DNA of 64,000 nt from a virus. Taxonomy: Duplodnaviria > Caudoviricetes. Both the position numbers and the translations under genes were made by a program. Each line of letters starts with the position of its first letter. The first letter of the stretch is position 1. Positions 1 through 9,723 of this stretch are shown one piece after another. The stretch lies in IMG/VR virus record IMGVR_UViG_3300043078_000170; one strand, written 5' to 3'. The notes under the pieces were generated by a model. The model worked only from the letters and a program-made list of their open reading frames with translations. It was not told where the DNA came from and searched no databases.

Positions 1-144
1 GAAATATTAGAAATAATAACTAAAAATAATAATACTATATTTCCTTTCTAAATCGTAATAAACTTATGAATTAAATTTATATTATTATTATGATTAAACT
101 GTTCGTTAACAAAAATATAGAACAGAATGAAAGGAGTCATTATT

Positions 145-468
145 ATGACAGCATACGACGCATATGTATTAATGAGTGAGGTTACTGTTGCCTCGTTCAT
201 TGAAGCTATGGGTGCTCTTATTGGAGCAATCTTCTTTGGTGCTATTACAATGAGCATCTATGGAGGAAAAAAGAGAAACTATCGTTGCTGTGGTTTCTCA
301 AGATTGCTTGGAGGAATTACTAGATTCTTCTGGGTAATTTTTATCTTCACAATTTCTATTACTGTAATATCCACTGCAGTTCTTGCACTTGATAGTTTGA
401 ATTACGGTACTGGAATTATTGATCATATGAAAGAAATGTTTTTGAGCATTTTACATATGATCTTTTAA
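145..468 (+). CDS. small multi-pass membrane protein, single-gene early cassette
   Basis: ORF track 127..468; SD AAAGGAG (130-136) favours ATG at 145; about three hydrophobic segments; own promoter and terminator. Confidence 0.7.
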   Translation: MTAYDAYVLMSEVTVASFIEAMGALIGAIFFGAITMSIYGGKKRNYRCCGFSRLLGGITRFFWVIFIFTISITVISTAVLALDSLNYGTGIIDHMKEMFLSILHMIF

Positions 469-474
469 AAAGTT

Positions 475-526
475 AGGCACTCCCATAATATTTCAAATTA
501 AATATATGGGAGTGTCTTTTTTTTTT
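475..526 (+). terminator. intrinsic terminator
   Basis: AGGCACTCCCATA ... TATGGGAGTGTCT followed by a T run. Confidence 0.85.
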
Positions 527-553
527 CATAGTTATATATAAATTTTATAATCC

Positions 554-565
554 AACATTCAATTA
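554..565 (+). promoter_or_regulatory. late-type promoter AACA-N6-TA
   Basis: AACA-TTCAAT-TA upstream of endolysin. Confidence 0.75.
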
Positions 566-591
566 TTCTAATTTGAATGGAGTGTTATTTT

Positions 592-1692
592 ATGTCTAAT
601 TATGTATATTCAGGTGTTGATTTATCACAGCACAATGGACAAGTTGATTTTAAAAAGTTAAAAGCTGGCGGTTATGACTTTGTTATTTTAAGAGCAGGCT
701 ATGGTAGATTAACTTCTCAGAAAGACAAAATGTTTGATTCTTATTATAAAGATGCAGTTGCAGCAGGATTAGAAGTTGGTTGTTATTGGTTTAGTTATGC
801 AACAACTATTGAAGAAGCTAAACTAGAAGCTAAAGCTTTCTTATCTGTAATTAGTGGTAAGAAGTTTTCATTCCCTTGTTACTATGACGTAGAAGATACT
901 AAGACTTCTTTAAAGAGTAGTACAAGTAAAGCAACAGCTACAGGAATGGTTAATGCTTGGTGTAAAGCTGTTGAAGATGCAGGTTATAAAGCAGGTCTTT
1001 ATACTTTTTATTCAGCTATTAATAGATTTAATATTAGTGAAATTAAATATGAAAAATGGTTAGCTAAATGGTCTTCTTCTATGGGCACTTGCTCTTCTAC
1101 AGATTGGGCTATGTGGCAATATGCTGTTATGGGTTCTTCTTCTGAAAGCACAAAATCTGGAAAAGTTCCTGGATGTGAAAATTGCTCTGGTGTAGATATG
1201 GATTATTCTTATAAAGATTACCCAAAGATTATTGGTGTGTCTTTCTCAGGTAAAACAACAACTACAACTACAACAACTTCTAATACATCCACATCTACTA
1301 CAACAAGCACTTTAAAGTCTGTTGAAACAATTGCTAAAGAAGTAATTGATGGTAAGTGGGGTAATGGTGATGCTAGAAAGAAAGCTTTAACAGAAGCTGG
1401 ATATAATTATACAGCAGTTCAAACAGCGGTAAATAAATTAGTAAGTAGCTCATCTTCTACTAAGACTACTACGGTTATTAAGACTGGTAGTAAATTAACT
1501 TTAAAGAATGTTAATTTATATGCATCCGCAACTAGTGCATCTGCAACTAAGAAATTAACTGGTACTTATTATGTTTATTCAGATTCAAAGACTAATAATA
1601 GAATTAGAATAACTAATTCAAGTTCTAATGTTGGAAAAACTCCTGCTGGTAATTATGTAACTGGTTGGGTTAAATATTCTGATATTATTTAA
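592..1692 (+). CDS. endolysin: GH25 muramidase, Thr/Ser linker, Cpl-7 (CW_7) repeat, C-terminal SH3-like domain
   Basis: GVDLSQHNG and YYDVED GH25 motifs; IAKEVIDGKWGNGDARKKALTEAGYNYTAVQTAVN is a CW_7 repeat; SD GGAG favours ATG 592 over 577. Confidence 0.9.
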   Translation: MSNYVYSGVDLSQHNGQVDFKKLKAGGYDFVILRAGYGRLTSQKDKMFDSYYKDAVAAGLEVGCYWFSYATTIEEAKLEAKAFLSVISGKKFSFPCYYDVEDTKTSLKSSTSKATATGMVNAWCKAVEDAGYKAGLYTFYSAINRFNISEIKYEKWLAKWSSSMGTCSSTDWAMWQYAVMGSSSESTKSGKVPGCENCSGVDMDYSYKDYPKIIGVSFSGKTTTTTTTTSNTSTSTTTSTLKSVETIAKEVIDGKWGNGDARKKALTEAGYNYTAVQTAVNKLVSSSSSTKTTTVIKTGSKLTLKNVNLYASATSASATKKLTGTYYVYSDSKTNNRIRITNSSSNVGKTPAGNYVTGWVKYSDII

Positions 1693-1699
1693 ATAAAAT

Positions 1700-1729
1700 C
1701 CCTATATGGTTTTTTTAAACCATATAGGG
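1700..1729. terminator. bidirectional terminator hairpin
   Basis: CCCTATATGGTTT/AAACCATATAGGG between convergent genes. Confidence 0.8.
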
Positions 1730-1735
1730 TAATTT

Positions 1736-2146
1736 TTAATTATTCTGATATAAAATAGTCTTATCGTATTTAGTTGCAATTGTATGTTCAATAACACAAC
1801 CACGATACTTTTCCCAATCTTTACAGAAGAAAACATAATCGCAATCAGACATCTTTACAATTGACTGACCTAATAAATAAACTGCATTATTTGAGCTTGT
1901 ATTATATCCATCAATGAATTTAATATTTACATAAGGATTAATAGCTTTAATTAAAACTTCTGCATCATGCTGAGCTTTTTCAATATTACTTAAAATATCA
2001 TTTTCATTTTTTCCATTCATAGGAAGACTGATAAAACATTTAACTTCATTTCTAATTTCTTTTTCTCTTTCATCAACTACTGCTTTTCCAATAACAGTAC
2101 CTAAAATTAAACCTGAAACTAAACCAATTGCTGTTGAACTTTTCAT
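1736..2146 (-). CDS. DUF4406 / nucleoside 2-deoxyribosyltransferase-like protein
   Basis: FISLPMNG ... CDYVFFCKDWEKYRGCVIEH pattern. Confidence 0.65.
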   Translation of the reverse strand: MKSSTAIGLVSGLILGTVIGKAVVDEREKEIRNEVKCFISLPMNGKNENDILSNIEKAQHDAEVLIKAINPYVNIKFIDGYNTSSNNAVYLLGQSIVKMSDCDYVFFCKDWEKYRGCVIEHTIATKYDKTILYQNN

Positions 2147-2161
2147 AATAAAATTTCCTCC

Positions 2162-2638
2162 TTAAATACAATATCTCATATAAATAATATTATCCTTTAA
2201 TGAAACCTTAATTTCAAATACAGTTGTCCATAATAAACCTCTTAAAGTTTCATTAATATCACCATAAATCTTTTTTAAAGTTTCATCTTCATTAATAATA
2301 GTTAAAATAGCTAATGTTGTTTTATCTAAGATTTGTTCATTAATTTCTTTAACTATCTTATTAATCTCTATACTTTGTTCAGACTTTTTAGAAAGTCTTT
2401 TTTCATCATATATATAACCCTTTTTTCTAATTGTGAAAATAGGTGTATTTAAACTAATAAATTTTCTTTTACTTGCTGAAGTAAATTCAAAATCTTCTGA
2501 ATCATCAATTAGATTCCTAATTAAATCAATAAAATTTGATAAACCAATATTCTTAAGAATATTCTTTCTCATTTTTTGAATTTGTTCTAGTTCTTGAGTA
2601 TCTTCTTCAGTAAATAAATTTTCTAAATTATTTGGCAT
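2162..2638 (-). CDS. hypothetical protein
   Basis: ORF in operon with neighbours, SD present. Confidence 0.7.
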   Translation of the reverse strand: MPNNLENLFTEEDTQELEQIQKMRKNILKNIGLSNFIDLIRNLIDDSEDFEFTSASKRKFISLNTPIFTIRKKGYIYDEKRLSKKSEQSIEINKIVKEINEQILDKTTLAILTIINEDETLKKIYGDINETLRGLLWTTVFEIKVSLKDNIIYMRYCI

Positions 2639-2641
2639 AAG

Positions 2642-3184
2642 TTATTTCATCCTTTCTAATAAAAAGTTTTTTATTTCTTCGTTATCAACTTTTTCATCTA
2701 TATTATTATTTAGTCCATATTTCTTTTCAATATTTTCAGAAATTATTTCACTATCATTATTAAAAAATATTTTTTCTAAACTATCATAAATTGTTTTAGC
2801 ACAATTATCTATATCTGGTTTTTTATTAAAAGGTATATAACCATTTAAAGCATTATATTGTTTTGATATAGACCAACTTAATAGAGGTTTAGAAGTTAAT
2901 GATATATAGCTTTTTATACTATATTCTTCTCCTAAGAAACAAGGTATATTTTTTAAATCAATTTCAGTTAATATTTTTTTCCTTATAACTTCTTTATAAG
3001 TTTTCATGGGATCATAGATATTTCTAAATTTTCCTGAACGAGGTCTCATTTGTGGTTCAATTAATTGATCTATATTAATTTTATAAATATAATGATTATC
3101 ATCTACTTTTTCATAATCAACTGTAATAATAGATTCTTTAATTTTATCATTTTTATTTTTTATAGTATTTTCTGCTATACCCAT
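2642..3184 (-). CDS. rusA: RusA-like Holliday junction resolvase
   Basis: KPDIDNCAKTIYDSL ... NDSEI signature. Confidence 0.85.
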   Translation of the reverse strand: MGIAENTIKNKNDKIKESIITVDYEKVDDNHYIYKINIDQLIEPQMRPRSGKFRNIYDPMKTYKEVIRKKILTEIDLKNIPCFLGEEYSIKSYISLTSKPLLSWSISKQYNALNGYIPFNKKPDIDNCAKTIYDSLEKIFFNNDSEIISENIEKKYGLNNNIDEKVDNEEIKNFLLERMK

Positions 3185-3287
3185 AACGTTACTCCTTTAT
3201 TGATTTTATACAAATATGTTAGTTTTATATTTAAATATAAAACTAACTTAATATTATAAAAATTCCATATAGAAAGAAGGTTTATCC

Positions 3288-4100
3288 ATGAATAATCAAC
3301 TTAATGATTTCATAAAACCATTAAAAGGTAGAGTAGAAATTTTTGATGATAAAGGAAATAAAATTAGAGATGTTAATAACTTAATTTTAGGTTCTACTAG
3401 ATTAGCTATTTTATATAATTTATTCAGAGATCCAAAGATATTAGCAACAGGAATTACAGAAGGTTATTTTAAAAAATCTACTAATGATGCTAAGAAAAAT
3501 TATATTCCAACTATTTGTGGATTTATGTTTGGTTGTAATGGTGCAAACGTTTCTAATCCAAGTATATTAAGAGTACCAAGTCCTAGAGATAATTTTACAT
3601 CAACTGGATCATTAGATAATAATAGTACAAGTTTTATTCCTGTTTCATTATTATCTTTAGCTAGTACAAGTGGTGAAATGCTTAATACTTCAGGAAGCTT
3701 TCAGAATGTTGATGAATTCATTACAAACCCTGTAATTAGTTCTTCAGTTATTTCTAATCAAGAAACAAGCACTGTTAAATATTTTACGCCTGATTCATTA
3801 GAAGATGAAGGAAATTATTATTGTAAAGCAATTAATACTTCTAACTCTTCTATTAGTATAGATTCAGAAAATTATGAAATTGAATATATTATTAAATTTG
3901 AAATTGGACCTTATGATTTAATTGGTAAATCATTTAATGAAATTGGTTTAGTATTAGCTAATTGTGATTTAACAAATGGTGTAATTACTGATGTTGATAC
4001 TTCAACAGTAGTATTAGCAAGTAGACTTACATTTGATGAAATTTCATTATCAAGACAGCTTTTAGCTTCATTTAATATTAGATATCATATTTACATTTAA
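3288..4100 (+). CDS. putative virion (tail/baseplate) structural protein
   Basis: GRVEIFD..NLI, FNEIGL, ASRLTF pattern seen in baseplate-associated proteins; late-type promoter. Confidence 0.5.
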   Translation: MNNQLNDFIKPLKGRVEIFDDKGNKIRDVNNLILGSTRLAILYNLFRDPKILATGITEGYFKKSTNDAKKNYIPTICGFMFGCNGANVSNPSILRVPSPRDNFTSTGSLDNNSTSFIPVSLLSLASTSGEMLNTSGSFQNVDEFITNPVISSSVISNQETSTVKYFTPDSLEDEGNYYCKAINTSNSSISIDSENYEIEYIIKFEIGPYDLIGKSFNEIGLVLANCDLTNGVITDVDTSTVVLASRLTFDEISLSRQLLASFNIRYHIYI

Positions 4101-4106
4101 TAAAAT

Positions 4107-4132
4107 CCCTAATACCTTAAATGGTATTAGGG
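4107..4132. terminator. bidirectional terminator hairpin
   Basis: CCCTAATACC/GGTATTAGGG between convergent genes. Confidence 0.8.
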
Positions 4133-4138
4133 AAAAAT

Positions 4139-4981
4139 TTATTTACAATTACATATTGCTTTTAAATTCTTAAATTCTACTAACTTTAATGTATTAGCAG
4201 TTTCCATAATAGTATAGTCTAAAATAGTTTCAAGCATTGCCATATCCTGAAGATTATCTGGATCAGTTAAATCTGTATTATCAATAGTTTCTTGAATATT
4301 ATTTTCAAATAAATATCTAAATAATGATTTACTAGGATCTACATATTTTTCTTCATTTATCAAAGATTCTTTAATAATTGATGCTTTCTTTTCATTCTTT
4401 AAACTATCAGCAGTTTTAAGCTTAATACATTCAATAACATATGAAGTTAGCATATTTTCGCTATTTACAGTATTTTCAATTACTCTACCTAAATCACAGC
4501 TATTATGATTAACTAATTCTTCTTTAAGCATATAAACACCAGTCTGAAAAATATCATCAAAACCACTATTTTCTTTAATAGACATCATTCCATTTTGATT
4601 ACATAAATCATAGAATTCATTAGTATGCTCTCTAATATATTGATAGTTAGCATTCTTAATAACATCATCTACTAATAATGATTCATATACAGTATAGAAG
4701 AATAAATCTCTTGTAAGATTATCAATTTGTTCATTAATATAATTAGTCTTCTGATTTACTTCATATGTATCATTCTTTTCCATTTTATGCCTTGTTGAAA
4801 TATTTGAATAAAAACTTTCTTTTAAAGCTTCATGCTTTTTATAATCAATAATATCATCAGTTTCTCTTAAAGCATCAAATGATTCTAAAAGTTCTTGAGT
4901 TTTAGCAGATCTTTCTCTTCTCTTCTGAGCTGCTTTAGTATTATAGGTACTTAGAATTTTTTCTTCATGAAAATGTTGCAT
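4139..4981 (-). CDS. hypothetical, possibly virion/head protein
   Basis: 280 aa ORF with late-type promoter. Confidence 0.55.
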   Translation of the reverse strand: MQHFHEEKILSTYNTKAAQKRRERSAKTQELLESFDALRETDDIIDYKKHEALKESFYSNISTRHKMEKNDTYEVNQKTNYINEQIDNLTRDLFFYTVYESLLVDDVIKNANYQYIREHTNEFYDLCNQNGMMSIKENSGFDDIFQTGVYMLKEELVNHNSCDLGRVIENTVNSENMLTSYVIECIKLKTADSLKNEKKASIIKESLINEEKYVDPSKSLFRYLFENNIQETIDNTDLTDPDNLQDMAMLETILDYTIMETANTLKLVEFKNLKAICNCK

Positions 4982-5059
4982 TTTCGGTACACCTCACTTT
5001 TCTTAAAAAATATAACTTTTTGTTTTAAATGTTAAAATGTATTTAATTATAATACTAAA

Positions 5060-5069
5060 TATATATTAT
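5060..5069 (+). promoter_or_regulatory. early-type phage promoter TATATATTAT
   Basis: same 10-mer upstream of co-oriented genes at eight sites. Confidence 0.75.
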
Positions 5070-5146
5070 AATTGTGATAAGAGAGTAATGCTCCCTATAA
5101 AGACTCCTTATCTTATTTATAATTTATGGGTGCGGAAAGGTCTATT

Positions 5147-5416
5147 ATGGCTACTATTTATTTAACTTCAAAGGCAAAACTCAACATTCAGCTTACTGAG
5201 GGCGGTAGTCCTCTTTATGCCCGTGTCGAGGTGGAAGGACTTCCTCTCCAGCCTAGAAGCAACCTTGGCGGTATCTATCCTAATTTGGAAGATATCGTAG
5301 AAGGACTTGGATTCTATGGATTCACCTTCACAGACTTTGGTACTGATGAAACCGCTGAATCGGTAGGAATTCTTTCCAATGAGAAGCTTGAAGAGATTAT
5401 GAATATTGTCAAGTAA
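5147..5416 (+). CDS. small hypothetical protein, single-gene early cassette
   Basis: ORF track 5126; GGAAAGG favours ATG 5147; GC-richer than flanks. Confidence 0.7.
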   Translation: MATIYLTSKAKLNIQLTEGGSPLYARVEVEGLPLQPRSNLGGIYPNLEDIVEGLGFYGFTFTDFGTDETAESVGILSNEKLEEIMNIVK

Positions 5417-5490
5417 CTCATGAAAAAAAAAAATACACTATCAAACTGCGTTAGGGAAACCAAGTGGTTATGTGTATTTTTTTTTTAATA

Positions 5491-5523
5491 AAAAGCTAAA
5501 GGTTTAATAAACCTTTAGCTTTT
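5491..5523. terminator. terminator hairpin
   Basis: AAAAGCTAAAGGTTT/AAACCTTTAGCTTTT perfect inverted repeat. Confidence 0.8.
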
Positions 5524-5530
5524 ATTTTTT

Positions 5531-8500
5531 TTATAATTTATAAGTAATATTAATTACATAATCATATGTAGAATATTTAAGTAAATCAAATATATCATCA
5601 CTATATGTAATAGTATCTTCATTAGTTTTAATTACTGATTTCTTTACATTTAAATATTCAGGAACATACACTCTTATTTCATCTTTTGTCATTTCATTAA
5701 AATCAAAATCATTGTCAATTAATTGATAGTCATTATTTTTAGAACTATTATTACTATCTACAATATCACTAAATATACCGTTATATTTAATATATTTAAT
5801 AATTGGGAAATTATTTTGTAATGAAACTATTAAATTGGATATAGGCAATATTAATTCATCGTTTGTTTGTTCTACAAAGTCTGAAATATATTTTTTAATT
5901 TCTTCATCCTTTTCACTAGTAATACTTTCATTAACATATATTGTAAAATCTAATATAATATCAGTTCTTCCTAAATAATTGTACTTAGTATAAGAGTTTG
6001 TAGTTACAACTGTATTTTTATAAGGATTATAATCATCAGCTTCTATATCAACTTCTTCATTAGTTTCAGAATCTAAATAAGTAGTTTTAGTTATAGCTTC
6101 TTTATTAAAATAGAAGTATCTTGAAGGTCCATAAGTATTATAAAACTTCATATCACAGTTTGTATTATTTTCTAATCTAGGTAATAAACTATCAACAATA
6201 TCTATAAATTTATTTAAAATATCATAAATCATTTCTGGTCTAGCCATATAATATCTTAATGAAATTAATGGAACTAATTCTAAATCATAGGTATCATTAT
6301 CTTCATCATAAGTTACTATTGAACTCATAAGACTAGACATATTTTGATACATCTTTACAGTATTTGAATTATTAATTACTGTAGCTAAAACATAGTTACT
6401 AATTTCATCTCTACTATTGGCAGAACCATCTACATCATCATCTGTTCTAGATAATACAATTGAATTAACCAATAATTCATCAGTGCTTACAGCAATTGTC
6501 TTATTACCAGTTGCAGATTTAGTACTTCTATATACATTATAGAACATAACTGCTACTCTATCCATACTATCTACATTTGATAATATACTATAACCTAATT
6601 GACCTAACATATTTACAGCTTCTTTATCTCTTCTATAAATAACAGGGCTTTCTGAATCAGGATCATTATTAGAATAGTCTGTAGAAATTAATTTTACATA
6701 ACTTTCACTATTTTCATCAACATTTTCACTTTCAGTAATTTTAATAATACTTTGAATTTCAAATGTAATATATTTATAACCATCTTTATCAAATGTTTTA
6801 GTAATTTTAATATTATCATTAGTGTTTCCAAAATTAGCTTGTGCTTCATCATAATATAATTTATGACCAATTTCCACATAATAAGTATCATCTGTTGTAG
6901 AAAATACAAAATTAGGAATAACTATTTTAACATAACCATTTAATAATAAATGATTAGTGTCTGCATCTTTATTAGTAACAGGATAAGAATCTTTAATAGT
7001 AATTGATAATTTACCATCTTTAAGGCTATGTTCATTACTAAAATAAGAAATAACACCCATTGAATTTAAATAATCTTCATTACTAGACCAATCAAATTCT
7101 TTATCTTCATAGAATTGATAATTGTTTCCTGATGTACCGCTTGAATTAGAATTATCTAAAGCAACTGGTAAGAATAGAACTGAATCAACACTTCTATAAC
7201 CTTTCCAAGGATCATTATCAGTAGTACTATAATATTCTGATTGATTTGTTAATTCACTACATTCACTAAATTCCATAGGAGAAGTATCTGAAATAATTTC
7301 AACAGGATCTTCAATAGTCTGAATAAAACCAACTGGGAAAGGATAATACCAATCAGCTTTTTCATCTTTAGTTTGTGTAGCTGCTAAGTTTTGATCGTAT
7401 AATAATATACCTATTTGGAAACAAATATCTTCTTCAATAGGAACTGATTTATATAATTGACTTCTATAATTATCGCTTGATGAAGAATTCTTATATAAGC
7501 AATTATACATATTAAGCATTCCACTATTAAATGTATAATCAGTAGCTAATTCTGCTTCATAAGTATAACTATAAGAAACTACACCAGATGTATTTGTTTC
7601 AACATCTTTTAATTTAAAGAAGAAATGACCAAATGTTTTAGAATCTTTTGCATCAGTCATAATACATTTAATAACTACTTTATTCTTTAAATCACTATAA
7701 CTTAAATTAGTATTTAAATTAAATGATAATTTATATACATTAGAATCTAGTGTATATTTATTTGTAGCTGTAGGACTAATATCTTTAGATATTGAAAGAG
7801 TACTTATACTAAATGATGCACCTACTTTACTATTTAAATATTTATAGTCTAATGAAACGCTATTGTTAATATCCATATTATAATAAGTAGCTTTTAAAAA
7901 TGGTTCAGTTTCAATAGAAATCATAAATGGAATAGTATATACTAATTCATCACTATCTACTTCAAAGAATTGCATTATATCATATATACTAGTTAAATTA
8001 TCAAGAGCTATTTCATAAGAAGCTTTCTTTTGATCAATAATATTTTGGAAATAATTATTGTCTAAAATATATTTGATATAATCTTGTGAATATCTTATAT
8101 TATTAGTTTTATCAAAATAATTTTCAAAATTATCTACAACTAAGTCACTATCTGTTTTTAAAGCATTATAATTAGGAACATCTCTTACATAGTTACATTT
8201 AACTATAGAATGTTCTTTAATAGCTAATTTAGTTTTTTTAGTTTCACCATTAGATGTTGAAGTTGTATCACCTACAGAAAGTAAATCGTCTGCTTTAATA
8301 ATTAAATGAGGAGCTGTATTAGTAGGTAAAACACGTTCATTTTCATCTCTTAATAATAAGAAATTACAATAAATTCTTTTAATTACATCATCCTGCTTTT
8401 TTAAGAATTGAATTGTACTACCATTTATATTTAAAGATTCATTAACAGAATCAAAGAATTTTAATAAATCATTATCAGTAATAATATTATTTCTAGTAGT

Positions 8501-9703
8501 AAGTCTTTCTAGAATTTTAGTTTTTTGTCCATAGATATCTAATCTATCTTTACCACCAGAAGCACCATCACTGATAGTTTCACAAGTGAAGTCTAAATAA
8601 CTATATGTAGAGTTATTAGTAAACTTCATAGTTACTCCACCTGAATAATCAAAATTAGCAGCAGTACCTAAAGTAGTATAAGTTCTAAAATAAATAGTAG
8701 AACCAGATGTTGGCACAAATCCATTAATACTATCTGAAGAAAATGATATTTGAAGAGTATTATCGTTTAAATAAGTATAATAAGCATAATATTCTTCTTC
8801 AGTAGGAGTATAAATATTATTAAAATAAAGATTTAAATTAGTCATTACTCCATTAAATTCGTATCTAGCATCAAAGAATGCTAATTGATTATCAAATGTA
8901 AATGTATGATATAAACTACTAGGATTACTTTCTGAAGTTGTAATAGTTACTTCATTAGTGGTCTTTTCAAATTGATATACTTGGAATCCAATATATACAT
9001 AATCTACACTATCTACATTTTCTTTCCAAACTTTTAAATAAGGTAAAGTACCTTCTTCTTCAGCAGGTGGAAAGCTTTCTGAAGTTGTATCATAATTTAC
9101 AGTATAACTATATGAATAATCATCATCAGATGAACCACTAATTTGTTGTATAGTTAATATAATTGGATAAGGTAAACTAAAATTATAATTACTTATAGTA
9201 AATAAAGTATTATCTCTAGTGAATGTTAGAGTATATACTTTTAAAGTATTTGAATCAGCATTAGTAACAGTATCTAATGATACTTCTTTTAGCATAGAGC
9301 TACTAGTTAAGCTACTTTCACTAATAGACATTTTAAGATACATTGTAGAAGGTGTAGCAGTATCAATTGGTACATTATAAATTTTTGCAAAATTATAAAC
9401 ACTTTCTGGTAATATAGCTGTATTTAAAAAATGTTCATCGTATAAGAAATTTTTATGATATACAGCATTTTTAATTTCATTAGAAGCTAATTCATTAAAA
9501 TAACCAAAAAATGAAGATTTTAAAGTACTGATATAAGGATTTCCTGAATTATCAATACCAAAATACTTTTGAATTAAATCAGACCAGTTATCAAATACAT
9601 TATAAGATGTTGAATTAATCTTAATTAAAGACTTTTCAACTGTATCTACAGATGGATCTGAATAATCTGTAGTAGGTATATTATTTGTAATATCAATAGC
9701 CAT
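5531..9703 (-). CDS. large baseplate wedge protein (T4 gp6-like)
   Basis: 1390 aa; FLNTAILPESVYNFAK, YTTLGTAAN, ASGGKD, TRNNIITDND match the gp6/baseplate J pattern. Confidence 0.65.
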   Translation of the reverse strand: MAIDITNNIPTTDYSDPSVDTVEKSLIKINSTSYNVFDNWSDLIQKYFGIDNSGNPYISTLKSSFFGYFNELASNEIKNAVYHKNFLYDEHFLNTAILPESVYNFAKIYNVPIDTATPSTMYLKMSISESSLTSSSMLKEVSLDTVTNADSNTLKVYTLTFTRDNTLFTISNYNFSLPYPIILTIQQISGSSDDDYSYSYTVNYDTTSESFPPAEEEGTLPYLKVWKENVDSVDYVYIGFQVYQFEKTTNEVTITTSESNPSSLYHTFTFDNQLAFFDARYEFNGVMTNLNLYFNNIYTPTEEEYYAYYTYLNDNTLQISFSSDSINGFVPTSGSTIYFRTYTTLGTAANFDYSGGVTMKFTNNSTYSYLDFTCETISDGASGGKDRLDIYGQKTKILERLTTRNNIITDNDLLKFFDSVNESLNINGSTIQFLKKQDDVIKRIYCNFLLLRDENERVLPTNTAPHLIIKADDLLSVGDTTSTSNGETKKTKLAIKEHSIVKCNYVRDVPNYNALKTDSDLVVDNFENYFDKTNNIRYSQDYIKYILDNNYFQNIIDQKKASYEIALDNLTSIYDIMQFFEVDSDELVYTIPFMISIETEPFLKATYYNMDINNSVSLDYKYLNSKVGASFSISTLSISKDISPTATNKYTLDSNVYKLSFNLNTNLSYSDLKNKVVIKCIMTDAKDSKTFGHFFFKLKDVETNTSGVVSYSYTYEAELATDYTFNSGMLNMYNCLYKNSSSSDNYRSQLYKSVPIEEDICFQIGILLYDQNLAATQTKDEKADWYYPFPVGFIQTIEDPVEIISDTSPMEFSECSELTNQSEYYSTTDNDPWKGYRSVDSVLFLPVALDNSNSSGTSGNNYQFYEDKEFDWSSNEDYLNSMGVISYFSNEHSLKDGKLSITIKDSYPVTNKDADTNHLLLNGYVKIVIPNFVFSTTDDTYYVEIGHKLYYDEAQANFGNTNDNIKITKTFDKDGYKYITFEIQSIIKITESENVDENSESYVKLISTDYSNNDPDSESPVIYRRDKEAVNMLGQLGYSILSNVDSMDRVAVMFYNVYRSTKSATGNKTIAVSTDELLVNSIVLSRTDDDVDGSANSRDEISNYVLATVINNSNTVKMYQNMSSLMSSIVTYDEDNDTYDLELVPLISLRYYMARPEMIYDILNKFIDIVDSLLPRLENNTNCDMKFYNTYGPSRYFYFNKEAITKTTYLDSETNEEVDIEADDYNPYKNTVVTTNSYTKYNYLGRTDIILDFTIYVNESITSEKDEEIKKYISDFVEQTNDELILPISNLIVSLQNNFPIIKYIKYNGIFSDIVDSNNSSKNNDYQLIDNDFDFNEMTKDEIRVYVPEYLNVKKSVIKTNEDTITYSDDIFDLLKYSTYDYVINITYKL

Positions 9704-9723
9704 CTTCTATATTTCCCTCCTTA

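Noticed and set aside
145-468. Holin, as a membrane protein next to the endolysin
   Set aside because: It has an early-type promoter and is separated from the lysin by a strong terminator; the lysin has its own late promoter.
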